Shown here piece by piece: positions 36,303-46,689 of a DNA stretch of 64,000 bases. Origin of the DNA: an uncultured virus (IMG/VR IMGVR_UViG_3300021438_000002). Its lineage: Duplodnaviria; Heunggongvirae; Uroviricota; Caudoviricetes. Both the position numbers and the translations under genes were made by a program. Within the stretch, counting starts at the first letter, position 1. The number at the start of each line of letters is the position of its first letter. The DNA lies in IMG/VR virus record IMGVR_UViG_3300021438_000002. The stretch is one strand, 5' to 3'. The notes below the pieces were generated by a model. The model made no database searches. It saw only the letters and a program-made list of their open reading frames with translations, and was not told the origin of the DNA.

Positions 36303-36434
36303 ATGTACCAATGGTCTACATTGGCAGTGGCATTTCAGGGTTGGTCTTTGAAAGACATTCAAAGATTAAGCAATAGAGAACGCAAGAACTGGCTAGAAAT
36401 AGGCAGAGAACTTGGACGAGTTGTAAGGACATAG
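36303..36434 (+). CDS. small chaperone partner (gpT/gp51-like), possibly a +1 frameshift extension
   Basis: MYQW...GWSLKDIQRLSNRERKNWL; frame open from 36243; no clear SD. Confidence 0.6.
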   Translation: MYQWSTLAVAFQGWSLKDIQRLSNRERKNWLEIGRELGRVVRT

Positions 36435-36435
36435 C

Positions 36436-39027
36436 ATGGCAAACATAGTCAATAACCTTATGGGTGGTATGACAATCGAGAAGTTGTCGGGGGCGTTCTC
36501 TTCTGCCGAAAAGTCCAGTGCAAAGATTACTGAAAACCTACAAAAGGCAAATGGTTTTGCCAGCAAACTAGGCTCAAGCATAAAGAACGCTTTTGGTGGT
36601 GGAACTGGTACTGGGCAGCAGTCGCTTGGTGCTGGTCAAACTGGAAACTCCATGGCTAATTCACTTGGAGGGTTTACTGGTGGTGGCGGTGGAGCGTCCA
36701 TGACCAATGTCTGGGGCAAGTTTGGCTCTATGGCTGCTGGCATGGGCTCTGCTCTCGATGCAAAACCAATGAGTCAAGGTGACCCTAGACTTGCCAGCGT
36801 TATGTTGGGTAACGTAACAGAGGGCGTTCACCAGATGCTCCCTGACATGGGGGCAACAATGACCCGTGCTACTGAGTACTACAACGCTACTATGTATGCA
36901 GGTAACCGCTTCCCTCGTGCCACTAATGGCATGACTGCTTTAGGTCGTAACATAGGTCTTCCAGTTGGCATGCCTAGCATCCAAGACATGACGCTAGGAA
37001 CTATAAACGACACTGGAGGATTAACCTCCGTTGGTGCCGATGCTCGTGTTGCCAAGTACTTACTTGGTCGAGGCATGAATGCCTCTGGTCAAAAAGATAG
37101 CACCTATCAACAAACTCTTCGTACCATTGGTAACGCTGGTAAATACTTAAACATTTCTAACGAATCAGCAGCACGGTCTATTGAGGGATTGACCAGTGCC
37201 TCTGGTGCTTCAAAGATGCTCAGAAACTTTGGTATTTATACTTCTGACTTAGAGACTGGAAAAGAAAAAACTCAAGGTCAAATCTTTGAAGAACTGTACA
37301 GTAGGATGACTGGCGGTCGAGACCAAATGAGTCTTGAAGACTTGAACGCCAGTTTCCGTAGAGGTGCTGGTAGTCAACTTCTTCAAGGTGCATTTGGCAA
37401 TGACGAAGCACAACAAGAGATGTTTAAGCAATTTGCAAGAGAAAAAACTTTTGGAAGCAACATGGATTTGTCTAACCAAGACGCCATGAACAAAATCTAC
37501 AACGATTTGGGTCCTAGCGGAGCATTTGGTTTAGGTTCTGGTATGGCTTCTGGTAATGCTAACCCAATGAACTCTCTTTACGCTTTGAACTCTTCTGAAA
37601 CAAACCAGTTAGATAAAGCAGAGCAGGCGTACATTCAAGGTATCACCGCAGCCGTACAACCTCTGCAACTACTAAATGATGTTTCGGGTACTCTTGCTGC
37701 AACTATGGCAGGTGTGAATTTAGCCTTCCTATCCACAATGAAAACAAGCAAAGTTTATGAAGGTGGGTCTAAAGCACTTGGTTCTGTTGCTTCTTGGGCT
37801 GGAGGAAATGCTTTAGAACTTGGTAAAGCAGCAGTTCAGTTTGCAATGGGTGACTGGGTGGGAGCAGCAACAACTGCCGTTATTCCTGCGACTAACTTGG
37901 CACTGGGTACTGCAGGGTTAGCAGCCATGGGTGCCGCTGGATTAGCCACAACTGTTGCTGGTGGAGGTCTATGGATGGACAACGCTGGACCTGTTAACAA
38001 CAAGCGTAACCCTAAAAACGAAGATAAGAACCTAGGTGGTGGAGAAGCACTACCTAGCGGTGGTGGAGAAGCCCTGCCTAGTTCATCTGGTGGAGCAATG
38101 GCTGCACCTATTCCAGGCGGTCATGTTGTAAAGGGAGCGGATTTTAATGACCGCACTGGTGTTTACTTTAAAACTACTGGTCGCCCACACATGGGTAAAG
38201 ACTACCAAGCATCCGAAGGTAGCCCAGTGTATGCAGTAACTGGAGGAAAAGTAGTTAAGGCTGAGGGAAGTACCAAACGGTTCTACATAGGTACAGAAGC
38301 AGATAGAAGAAAATCTAGTACGGTTTACGATGGACTTGAGAGCGATAAAACCTTTAGCCTAGGTTTGCAAGTGCACGTTCTTCACCCTAGTGGTTACAAG
38401 TTTATCTATGGTCACTTGAGTCAAATTTCAAGCAAGGTAAAACAAGCGGCACAAAGTGGCGGAGAAATTAGTAAGAATGATTTGATTGGTCTTTCTGGTC
38501 ACTCTGGAAGTACTACTGGTCCTCACTTGCACTTTGAAGTTCAAGACAAAAACGGTACAAAAGTAAATCCTAAGACCGTTATTGATAAGTTAAACGCCCA
38601 AGCAAACCTAACTGGAGGTGCTGCTGGCTCCACTGGCTCTGCTGCTGGCTCTACTGGGTCTACTGGGTCTACTGGGTCTGCTAGTCAGATGTCTGCTGCC
38701 CAAGCCCTTGTTTCTAGCGGTGGCTTCTTTGGGGCTAACGCACAGCAGATTCAAGCCATTGTTGCATCCCTTGGTTCTGGTGACATGAAGGCTATGCAGG
38801 GGGCTGTGAACGCAATGGTTAACCTTGCTGGTGGTAGTAAGGCAGTGTCATCCGCTACTGCAAATACCCCAGGCACTGGAGCAAACACCGCTAAAGGCTC
38901 AGGCAACAATGTAAACATTACTTTGCAATTACCTGACGTTAGTGAGTCAGAAGCATCTAAGTTTGCCAAACTAGTTAAACAGTACCTAGACGATGGTACT
39001 TTGCAATCTAACATGGGGAGTTACTAA
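36436..39027 (+). CDS. tape measure protein with C-terminal M23 peptidase
   Basis: Gly/Ala-rich helical body; HMGKDY, YGHL, TGPHLHFEV. Confidence 0.82.
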   Translation: MANIVNNLMGGMTIEKLSGAFSSAEKSSAKITENLQKANGFASKLGSSIKNAFGGGTGTGQQSLGAGQTGNSMANSLGGFTGGGGGASMTNVWGKFGSMAAGMGSALDAKPMSQGDPRLASVMLGNVTEGVHQMLPDMGATMTRATEYYNATMYAGNRFPRATNGMTALGRNIGLPVGMPSIQDMTLGTINDTGGLTSVGADARVAKYLLGRGMNASGQKDSTYQQTLRTIGNAGKYLNISNESAARSIEGLTSASGASKMLRNFGIYTSDLETGKEKTQGQIFEELYSRMTGGRDQMSLEDLNASFRRGAGSQLLQGAFGNDEAQQEMFKQFAREKTFGSNMDLSNQDAMNKIYNDLGPSGAFGLGSGMASGNANPMNSLYALNSSETNQLDKAEQAYIQGITAAVQPLQLLNDVSGTLAATMAGVNLAFLSTMKTSKVYEGGSKALGSVASWAGGNALELGKAAVQFAMGDWVGAATTAVIPATNLALGTAGLAAMGAAGLATTVAGGGLWMDNAGPVNNKRNPKNEDKNLGGGEALPSGGGEALPSSSGGAMAAPIPGGHVVKGADFNDRTGVYFKTTGRPHMGKDYQASEGSPVYAVTGGKVVKAEGSTKRFYIGTEADRRKSSTVYDGLESDKTFSLGLQVHVLHPSGYKFIYGHLSQISSKVKQAAQSGGEISKNDLIGLSGHSGSTTGPHLHFEVQDKNGTKVNPKTVIDKLNAQANLTGGAAGSTGSAAGSTGSTGSTGSASQMSAAQALVSSGGFFGANAQQIQAIVASLGSGDMKAMQGAVNAMVNLAGGSKAVSSATANTPGTGANTAKGSGNNVNITLQLPDVSESEASKFAKLVKQYLDDGTLQSNMGSY
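38035..38082 (+). repeat. 24-bp tandem duplication (GGGEALPS x2) in the tape measure linker
   Basis: ggtggtggagaagcactacctagc / ggtggtggagaagccctgcctagt. Confidence 0.8.
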
Positions 39028-40511
39028 TGGCAGGCTCATTTGGACCAGTAAAGCCACCGACACCGAACTGGGTAGAGACCTACTCGAATTATCTTGTACA
39101 GAATTCAAACAAAACAACTAAAGACAAGGTAACTGTCTCTACTAGTACTACTACTGCAGCCACCGTAACTTCGTGGGATAGAGCAGCCATGAATGACTCC
39201 GAAAAAAATGCTAAAGGAATTTTCAGTAAGGCAAGCCAAAAGTACACCAAAGCCGCCGATAAAGCCTCTGATACCACATCTTTGAAGGACGACATCGCAG
39301 CGGCTAAAGTTTATTTGGCAAGCCTTGAAAATGCTATTCAGGAAAACGCTAAAGGAATTTCTATTGCTAATAGTGTGACTTGGGCTACTACTCAAGAAAA
39401 AACTGCTGCTTTATCAACTTTAATTACTCAACAAACAAAACTAAATAAAGAGCATGCCCGTATTCAAGGCGTAATTGATTCTTTAAATGATTCACTTAAT
39501 ACTAAGGTGGTTGCAAAAGGCGATAAGGGCACTAACATTACCCACGATACAAAGACCGTTGCAGACACGCCTTCGGATTTTGTTAAGGGTATTGTGGCAC
39601 CACCACAGTTGAACCCAAACACCTCTCCAGCAGGGGCGTCACTTGTCTCTGCTCCCGCACCTCAAGTTGAAGAACAAACACAGGTCAGTACTGCTGGTCG
39701 TCCTAGTAAAGGGTTGTCTCTGACATACAATGTGCCTACAGTATCGGATGCTTACTTTAGCAACAACACAGAGTATTTAAAGGAAACTACCTACCGAGGT
39801 AATACCCCGCAAAAAGTTGAACGTGCAATGCAGTTGTTCAATAGTGCTTCAAATAGCAAAGGCATGTTTGCTATGACTAGCGTAACTAAGAACTTGTCTG
39901 GTGTTGCACCGAGCGGTGGCGACCCAGGTGGTGGAGCAGGATGGTCCTATGAAGCCGAATGGGTTAAATGGGGATTCCAATTTTTGTACAACCCAGCCAC
40001 AGTAACCATGACCTATGCCATGGCTCCAGCCATTGACCTAGGTATGTTGACTAGTGGTCGAGAAGGGTTTAACTTGATGGGCACTGATGGTAACTTCTCC
40101 ACTATTTCTTTTGAAATTATTATCAACAGAATGTTTGACATGAAGTACTTTAACAAAAACGGTACTTTAACTGAAGCAGGTAAAGCCCAGTACGGTAACC
40201 ATGTTCCTACTGCAAGAGACCAAATAGACATTTTCAAAAAGGGAACTATGTATGACATAGAGTACCTTCTACGCACTGCAAGCCAAGGTGCCTTGATTCA
40301 AAAGTCCTGGCTTCGTGGCTATACTGCTGACCTAGGATACGTAGGTGCTGCACCTGTTGAACTTCACTTAGGTAAATCTATGAGGTATTGGGGAATGCTT
40401 GCTGGTATGGAAGTGAACCACACTATCTTTAATGAACGAATGGTTCCTGTTTTTTCTTCTGTTTCGCTTACCTTCTCCCGTTATGTTGAACCGTCAAAGG
40501 CACCAAAATGA
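39027..40511 (+). CDS. tail tube initiator-like baseplate protein
   Basis: GFQFLYNPATV...FNERMVP; follows the tape measure gene. Confidence 0.65.
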   Translation: MAGSFGPVKPPTPNWVETYSNYLVQNSNKTTKDKVTVSTSTTTAATVTSWDRAAMNDSEKNAKGIFSKASQKYTKAADKASDTTSLKDDIAAAKVYLASLENAIQENAKGISIANSVTWATTQEKTAALSTLITQQTKLNKEHARIQGVIDSLNDSLNTKVVAKGDKGTNITHDTKTVADTPSDFVKGIVAPPQLNPNTSPAGASLVSAPAPQVEEQTQVSTAGRPSKGLSLTYNVPTVSDAYFSNNTEYLKETTYRGNTPQKVERAMQLFNSASNSKGMFAMTSVTKNLSGVAPSGGDPGGGAGWSYEAEWVKWGFQFLYNPATVTMTYAMAPAIDLGMLTSGREGFNLMGTDGNFSTISFEIIINRMFDMKYFNKNGTLTEAGKAQYGNHVPTARDQIDIFKKGTMYDIEYLLRTASQGALIQKSWLRGYTADLGYVGAAPVELHLGKSMRYWGMLAGMEVNHTIFNERMVPVFSSVSLTFSRYVEPSKAPK

Positions 40512-40783
40512 TTTACGCTGACAGCCGTTACGCAGATGGCACTATTTTTACTGCAAATGATTCTAGAACTAACTCGCCTAGAATTACGGTTTACCGCACA
40601 TTCCCTACTGCCCAATCAAAGTTCTACTACTACAACTGGGTTGAGAACGACCGTATAGACGCTGTGGCTAACGACCTTCTTGGCAGCCCGTTGCTTTGGT
40701 GGAAGATTATGGATTACAACCCTGAAGTCATTGACCCGTTTGACATTGTTGTGGGCACAACTATAAGGATTCCTCGTGACTAG
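40508..40783 (+). CDS. LysM-like baseplate protein (P2 gpX/T4 gp53-like)
   Basis: DRIDAVANDLLGSPLLWWKIMDYNP...GTTIRIP. Confidence 0.8.
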   Translation: MIYADSRYADGTIFTANDSRTNSPRITVYRTFPTAQSKFYYYNWVENDRIDAVANDLLGSPLLWWKIMDYNPEVIDPFDIVVGTTIRIPRD

Positions 40784-42065
40784 CCTTAAGAATAATAAGA
40801 AGTTTAGAAGTACTAGGTACACTGTGGAGTTCCCTACCTTCTCTAGCCTCCATGAAACTCAACCAAGAAAGGTTGAGTTGATTCAGGCTAAAGGTAAGCA
40901 TGACCTTCTTGTGCTTGAATACTCTCAGGTAAGCCCACTTTGGTTCTCCACAATAAAATCTGGAGTACCAGTGACATTTACGTGGCGGTATGGAAATGAC
41001 ACTAAGCATTGGATTGGTTATGTTCAGGGCATTAGCAAAACTGTTAACTCACAGCGTAGCAACCTTATGACCATTACTTGTTGGGGCTCTACCTTTGTAA
41101 TGAAGGCTAAGGACATTCGAGTGTTTACAAACATGACTATTCCTGATGTTGTAAAAAAGATAGTTACTGAACATGGGTATAGGTTCCATGGCGACCCTAA
41201 CGACTACCGACCAGCACAGTTAATCATGTCTGGGCAATCTGACTGGGAGTGGATTCAAATGCAGGCGGATTTGCTAGGCTATGGAGCCTATGCAGATGGT
41301 ATGGACTTTTACTTTAAAAAACTAGATAACCTAATTAACAGTTCATTTAATAATGCCGCTGTTCTTACTATGGACAATCAAGCAATACCTGTGGGGCAGG
41401 CTGTTTTTGATAAAACTCTCCAAAGATTTAAGGTGCTTAACAGCGAGTATGTGGAATCAGACAAGCAACACCTTCGCTCCGTTAAGAATGTTGGTGGAGT
41501 AGACCCAGTGACTAATGAAGGGTTCTTAGTCTCCAGAAGTCCACAAAAAGTTGGAACTAACCTCCGTAAGAACAACCATGATGTTTTGTTTAACCAGTAC
41601 CTTACGGAGACTGTGGCTAACAATCGAGCCGAGTCCATAGCATTGGCTCATGGAGCGGCTACTATGGGTAGGTTTAAAATGCCTGCTCATGCACAGGCTC
41701 AAGGTGACATCCGCATTAGACCTCATGCAGCCGTTTACATTGGTGGTACTGGTGAATTAACTGACGGATACTGGCTTGTTGAGGATGTGTGCCATACGTT
41801 TACCCTTGCTGGAGACCACGAAGTTACCCTTAACTTAGTTACTGATGGTATTGGTAACACTGTGCAAACTCCTTTTAGAAAGCGAGACGCCAGCACTGTT
41901 GGAACGATAAACTTAGAGCATGCTTTAAACGCATTGGGCAACGTTTTTAACTCGTTCTTGCCTAGTTCAGTTAGGCTACATCAACCAGAACCTGTTACTA
42001 ATCAAGGTAACCAAGGGTTTAAGCGTACTCCTGCTGTATGGCGGTCAACCAAGATGGGAAGATAA
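40776..42065 (+). CDS. baseplate hub protein (gpD/VgrG-like)
   Basis: QSDWEWI, GD..IRP..V.I.G, GYWLVEDVCH. Confidence 0.8.
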   Translation: MTSLKNNKKFRSTRYTVEFPTFSSLHETQPRKVELIQAKGKHDLLVLEYSQVSPLWFSTIKSGVPVTFTWRYGNDTKHWIGYVQGISKTVNSQRSNLMTITCWGSTFVMKAKDIRVFTNMTIPDVVKKIVTEHGYRFHGDPNDYRPAQLIMSGQSDWEWIQMQADLLGYGAYADGMDFYFKKLDNLINSSFNNAAVLTMDNQAIPVGQAVFDKTLQRFKVLNSEYVESDKQHLRSVKNVGGVDPVTNEGFLVSRSPQKVGTNLRKNNHDVLFNQYLTETVANNRAESIALAHGAATMGRFKMPAHAQAQGDIRIRPHAAVYIGGTGELTDGYWLVEDVCHTFTLAGDHEVTLNLVTDGIGNTVQTPFRKRDASTVGTINLEHALNALGNVFNSFLPSSVRLHQPEPVTNQGNQGFKRTPAVWRSTKMGR

Positions 42066-42481
42066 TGAGCACACAAGAAACTGCAATTTCTTTACCGTTT
42101 AGATACGACAACTATGGAAACATAGTAAAGACCAATGACCAGCAAAAGATTTGGGAGGACCGAGTATTCTCCGTAATCGGAACCTCCATAGGTGAAAGAG
42201 TTATGCGAAGTAACTTTGGAACAGAAATAAAAGAAGCGTTGTTTGATACTCAAACTGGTATGGAGGAGAAGGTCAAAGACACTGTTACTAAAGCGTTTGA
42301 AAACTTCTTGCCAATGCTAACCCTTGCCGACATCACAAATGATTACGATTTAAAAGACAACATCATGAGTGTGACAATTACTTACGCTTTACCTAACCGT
42401 CAAATCATGGTTAGCACCGTCCCAGTTACTGTTGGAACCATCAGTATTTCAGGAAACAAACTACCTAAAGAGGCACTCTAA
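42065..42481 (+). CDS. baseplate wedge protein, gp25/gpW-like
   Basis: ISLPF...TSIGERVMRSNFGT. Confidence 0.85.
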   Translation: MSTQETAISLPFRYDNYGNIVKTNDQQKIWEDRVFSVIGTSIGERVMRSNFGTEIKEALFDTQTGMEEKVKDTVTKAFENFLPMLTLADITNDYDLKDNIMSVTITYALPNRQIMVSTVPVTVGTISISGNKLPKEAL

Positions 42482-45022
42482 ATGACCGTAGCACCAAAGA
42501 AGATAGTCCCCTCTGTTGATTACACTAGCAGAGATTACTCCGCCCTACGCCAAGAACTAATTGTTCGTGTGCAGGACCGAGTCCCTGGTTGGGCTGGCAA
42601 TGACCCTGCCGACTTTGGTCTAGCCCTCATTGAGTCTTTTGCCTACATGGGTGACTTAGTCAACTATTACATTGACCGAATTGCTAATGAGTCTTACCTA
42701 TTGACCGCAACTCAACGCCAAAGCGTGTTGAACTTGGCTGCTCAGTATGGCTATTATCCTCAAGGCTATACCTCAGCAACTACCACTATCACTTTTGTTA
42801 GCAACAAAGGATACCGTGGAGACATTGGTGGTTCAGTTTTGGAAAGCACTGATGCTTACCTAATTGTTCCTAATGACCACACTTTTGTAATTGGAGAAAC
42901 AGTTACTGTAACAGGGCATGCTGAGACATCTTCTACAGGTGGAAACTCGAGCACTTCCAGCACAGTCATTACGTTGACTGCTTCTAACTCAAGTATTGTT
43001 GCTGGTCAGGTAGTTTCTGGAACTGGCATCGCTGGCTCACCTACCGTAGTCTCCTGTGTTGGAACCACGCTTACTTTGAGTAGTGCACAGTCAATTGCTA
43101 ATGGAACTACCCTCTACTTTACTGCTGGTCAATACAACGGAACATTTACAATTACTGGTCTTACGTATTCTGGAGCCTCTCTCAGCGTTCCAGTTGGTAG
43201 CAACGTAATTAAATACCGTCCACAAGCAAACATTACTGGGTATACCGTCGCAGCAGTTCCTGCCATCTCGGGATACAGCATTACTTTTAACTATGCTTTC
43301 CCAGACACTAAAACTATGGCTATTGGTCAGAGCGTTATTGTTAGTGGAGTAACTATGTCAGGTAGCGGTACTGGAACTGTTAACGGAACATTTACTGTGT
43401 ATAGCATCGATACGGTTGCTGGAACTTTTACAGTCCAAGTGGCTTCTGCTAGTGCTCCAACCAAGACTTATGTTTCTGGAGGAATTGCTAACTACTCAAA
43501 CATTGCTGTTGGTGGTGCTAGTGGTTATGTATACGAAACTGGAAGTACCCTTATTCCAGCAGGAACGCAATTTTACCAGGATGTTACCTATAACAACGAA
43601 GTAATGGAAGTTTACTTTTCATTAAACGAAGATGTTTCTGTTCCTTACCAAGGAACTCTAAGCCACGTAGTTTACCAAGGTCGTAACATTGCTGGTTTAG
43701 CAGAAAACCTTGCTAACTCCAGTATCGTTGGTGATGTGTCTGGAGAGTTAGTTGGAACATCTGATGGAACCATTAACCAATACTATTTGCTGTCTCAAGC
43801 ATTTGTTGATGTAACGAGTATTGCGGTGTACGTAGCAAGCGGAAATTATTACGTTACTTGGCAGCAGGTAGACAACTTAAACGACTGGTCAAACGTGTCT
43901 ACTGTGTACACAACAAGCACAGACGAAGACGGCTACACCTACATTGTGTTTGGTGACGGAGTCTCTGGAGCCATACCTCCACAAGATTCTAAAATTAAAG
44001 TAGCGTATTTCGCTGGTGCGGGAGCCGAGGGAAACATTGAAGCAAATGGTTTGGAGTATTTTTACTTCCCAACTATTTCTTCTGCAGCCCAAACCGACAT
44101 AAAAACCTACATCGACATCAGTCACCCAGCGGCAACTGGTGGGTCAGACCCAGAATCAAGTGACAGTATCCGCAGCAATGCTCCCCGAGCACTTAGAGCC
44201 ATGAATCGTGCGGTGACTTTGCAGGACTTTATTGATTTATCTGTAGCCGTTCCTGGCGTAGCAAAGGCAAACGCTACTGCAGACATTTGGTCTTCAGTCA
44301 ATGTGTACATTGCTCCAACTGCCTCTGATTATTCTGTTGCACCTGTGGTAAGTGACTCTTTATTAACTAGCGTTGCTTCTTCTTTAACTAGTAAGTGTCA
44401 GATTGGAGCATCAGTTCAGGTCTCATCTGCTACCTATAAGAACATTTATCTACAAATTACGTACAGTATCTTGGATAACTTTAGTCAAGACGCTGTCGTA
44501 GCCGCATTAAAGGCTACTTTGACAGATGTCTACGCTTACAAAAACGTACAGTTTGGACAAACTATTATGTCAAGTGACATAGAGTACATTTGTAGAAATG
44601 TTTCTGGAGTTAATACCGCTAAAGTAACTGCCTTGTATAGAGACGGTGGTTCTGGGATTAATACTCTTGTTGCTTTCCCTAGTGAGTTGTTTGTTCTTAC
44701 TGAGGCTACATTGTCGTTTGTATTGGCTTCTTCAGATGCAACACTTACTGCTTTGTCTACTTCATACGCTGGAGCAATCGCTGGGTTCTCGTCAACTACC
44801 TTAACCTATGCCATTACCGTTGGTTCTGGAGATACCTCCATAACCATCACCCCAACTACGGCTAATGCTAACGCTACAATTAGCGTCAAGGACAAGCCAG
44901 TAACGAGTGGTACTGCAAGTACCTCGATTGGTTTGAGTGTTGGAAGTAACCCTATTTACATCATTGTTAGTGCCGCAGACGGAACTACAAACGCATACTA
45001 CTTGAATGTGATTAGACCATAA
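42482..45022 (+). CDS. baseplate J/gp6-like wedge protein with inserted beta modules and a C-terminal cadherin-like beta sandwich
   Basis: DYTSRDY, DFGLALIE, FGDGVSGAIP, GGSDPES, RAVTLQDF; C-terminal SSDATL...ADGTT..Y.L.V.R. Confidence 0.88.
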   Translation: MTVAPKKIVPSVDYTSRDYSALRQELIVRVQDRVPGWAGNDPADFGLALIESFAYMGDLVNYYIDRIANESYLLTATQRQSVLNLAAQYGYYPQGYTSATTTITFVSNKGYRGDIGGSVLESTDAYLIVPNDHTFVIGETVTVTGHAETSSTGGNSSTSSTVITLTASNSSIVAGQVVSGTGIAGSPTVVSCVGTTLTLSSAQSIANGTTLYFTAGQYNGTFTITGLTYSGASLSVPVGSNVIKYRPQANITGYTVAAVPAISGYSITFNYAFPDTKTMAIGQSVIVSGVTMSGSGTGTVNGTFTVYSIDTVAGTFTVQVASASAPTKTYVSGGIANYSNIAVGGASGYVYETGSTLIPAGTQFYQDVTYNNEVMEVYFSLNEDVSVPYQGTLSHVVYQGRNIAGLAENLANSSIVGDVSGELVGTSDGTINQYYLLSQAFVDVTSIAVYVASGNYYVTWQQVDNLNDWSNVSTVYTTSTDEDGYTYIVFGDGVSGAIPPQDSKIKVAYFAGAGAEGNIEANGLEYFYFPTISSAAQTDIKTYIDISHPAATGGSDPESSDSIRSNAPRALRAMNRAVTLQDFIDLSVAVPGVAKANATADIWSSVNVYIAPTASDYSVAPVVSDSLLTSVASSLTSKCQIGASVQVSSATYKNIYLQITYSILDNFSQDAVVAALKATLTDVYAYKNVQFGQTIMSSDIEYICRNVSGVNTAKVTALYRDGGSGINTLVAFPSELFVLTEATLSFVLASSDATLTALSTSYAGAIAGFSSTTLTYAITVGSGDTSITITPTTANANATISVKDKPVTSGTASTSIGLSVGSNPIYIIVSAADGTTNAYYLNVIRP

Positions 45023-45024
45023 CC

Positions 45025-45432
45025 ATGGAAGTAACCCACCCACTCTTTGGTATTTACCGAGGAATAATCCAGCACATAGATGACCCTTTAAAAAAGGGTC
45101 GTGTACGCCTACGTATTCCACAAGTACTAGCAAATGAAATTACTGACTGGGTATGGCTAAAAGAAACCCCTATGCTTCGCACTAGCGTGCCCAAGATTGG
45201 GCAGGGAGTGTGGATTATGTTCGAAGGTGGTAACGCCTCTTACCCATTATGGATAGGTACTTTTGGTAAAAACGTAGATTCAAAAAAGGTATTACCTTTA
45301 GTATCCACACTGGATTCTAAACCAAGTAGTTACTCTAACTTGGTATTCAAAGAAGCATTTGATGGAACAGAACTAGACATCACTAACTCCATAGTGGCTA
45401 TGGATACTTTGATAGATGGAGGCTCCGCTTGA
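45025..45432 (+). CDS. baseplate spike, gpV/gp5 OB-fold (short)
   Basis: GIYRG...DDP...GRVRLRIP...PKIGQGVWIMFEGG...PLWIG. Confidence 0.8.
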   Translation: MEVTHPLFGIYRGIIQHIDDPLKKGRVRLRIPQVLANEITDWVWLKETPMLRTSVPKIGQGVWIMFEGGNASYPLWIGTFGKNVDSKKVLPLVSTLDSKPSSYSNLVFKEAFDGTELDITNSIVAMDTLIDGGSA

Positions 45433-45436
45433 CCCC

Positions 45437-45462
45437 CGAAATCCTGAGTAATCAGGGACAAT
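45437..45462 (+). promoter_or_regulatory. putative late promoter CGAAA-N12-AGGGACAAT
   Basis: Matches the motifs at 10154 and 17508. Confidence 0.5.
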
Positions 45463-45485
45463 AGAACTAGAAATTAGGAGATACC

Positions 45486-46679
45486 GTGGCTTATCCAAAC
45501 TCTGCCTCAACCTTTACCAGAGTAACTAACTATAAGGACCTAGTCCTTGAGACTCAAATCAACCCTATCTATGTTGATTTGGAAAACTTAGAAGCAGACC
45601 TTATTGGTAACAACACTGGAGGTGTTGGTCTTCGTACATCCTACCTAATCAGTGGTGGTTCTGGAGGTGCTGGAACTTTTACGCAAGGCACAACCACATG
45701 GACAGGTGGTCTACAGAGTCGCCTAAACAACATGGACATTGGTCTGTACACTGCGTACAATGACCGTGTTGCCAGCCTAGGTCTAGGTGCCATCAATACC
45801 GCTGCTGCAAACATTGCCACAACTCCATTGGCAATTCGTGGAGCAGGCAGTTCTTCTACCATTACTGGTGCTTCTACAGATGGAACAACAGTTACCTATG
45901 TTGGAGCAAACAGTTTTGTTTCAGGTCAAACTGTAACCATCTCAGGTATTGTGTCATCTAAAGCCTATACAGGGTTTACTGGAACTACTGGTGCGTTTTC
46001 TTCTACAAGTTCTAGCCCATTCACTATTACTGGAACTCACGGCATTAATGGTGCTGCCTTGCCATCAACCGCATCTATTGTTATTAATGCTGCTAGTCCA
46101 GTAACTGTTACAGGAACTCTTTCGTACATCAGTTCTACTGCTTTGTCGTTTGTTTCAACTGCCAAGAAAATTGGGTACATAGCAACGGTAAGTGCAACTT
46201 CATCAGGAACTCTCTTGACTATGGCTACTGCTGATACTACAAACATTGGTGACGGTATGACTATGGTTATTTTGACTGGTACTGGAACATTAAACGGTGT
46301 GACAACCGTAACTGTTGCCTCTGGAACAACAGTTACTATGAGTGCAACACCTACGGTGGCACTCACGTCAGGTGCCGTAGTGATGTTTTATTGGGCAGCA
46401 AAAACTACCACTATTACTTTGACTGGGTTGCTCAATCTATCAAACGTAACTTTGGCATCGGCATCAGGAACTGGGTTTACTGTAACCAACAGCAACGCTC
46501 CTTCAGGAACTACTTGGACTTCTGGCGGAACAGCAATTAGCAAAACTAATGCAGCAGGTCTTACTGACTGGAAAACTTATGACGGAACTTCGGCAACTGT
46601 TGTTGCAACTGTAGATAGTGCAGGAACTTTTGTAGGCTCTGTCAGTGGCGGTAGTGCCTCAAGTACTTACAATAACTAG
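45486..46679 (+). CDS. tail fibre-like protein
   Basis: Thr/Gly/Ser-rich with beta modules; SD AGGAG. Confidence 0.65.
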   Translation: MAYPNSASTFTRVTNYKDLVLETQINPIYVDLENLEADLIGNNTGGVGLRTSYLISGGSGGAGTFTQGTTTWTGGLQSRLNNMDIGLYTAYNDRVASLGLGAINTAAANIATTPLAIRGAGSSSTITGASTDGTTVTYVGANSFVSGQTVTISGIVSSKAYTGFTGTTGAFSSTSSSPFTITGTHGINGAALPSTASIVINAASPVTVTGTLSYISSTALSFVSTAKKIGYIATVSATSSGTLLTMATADTTNIGDGMTMVILTGTGTLNGVTTVTVASGTTVTMSATPTVALTSGAVVMFYWAAKTTTITLTGLLNLSNVTLASASGTGFTVTNSNAPSGTTWTSGGTAISKTNAAGLTDWKTYDGTSATVVATVDSAGTFVGSVSGGSASSTYNN

Positions 46680-46689
46680 GAGTTAACCA

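Noticed and set aside
38620..38682. GST/AAGST tandem repeats in the tape measure gene
   Set aside because: An ordinary low-complexity linker expansion
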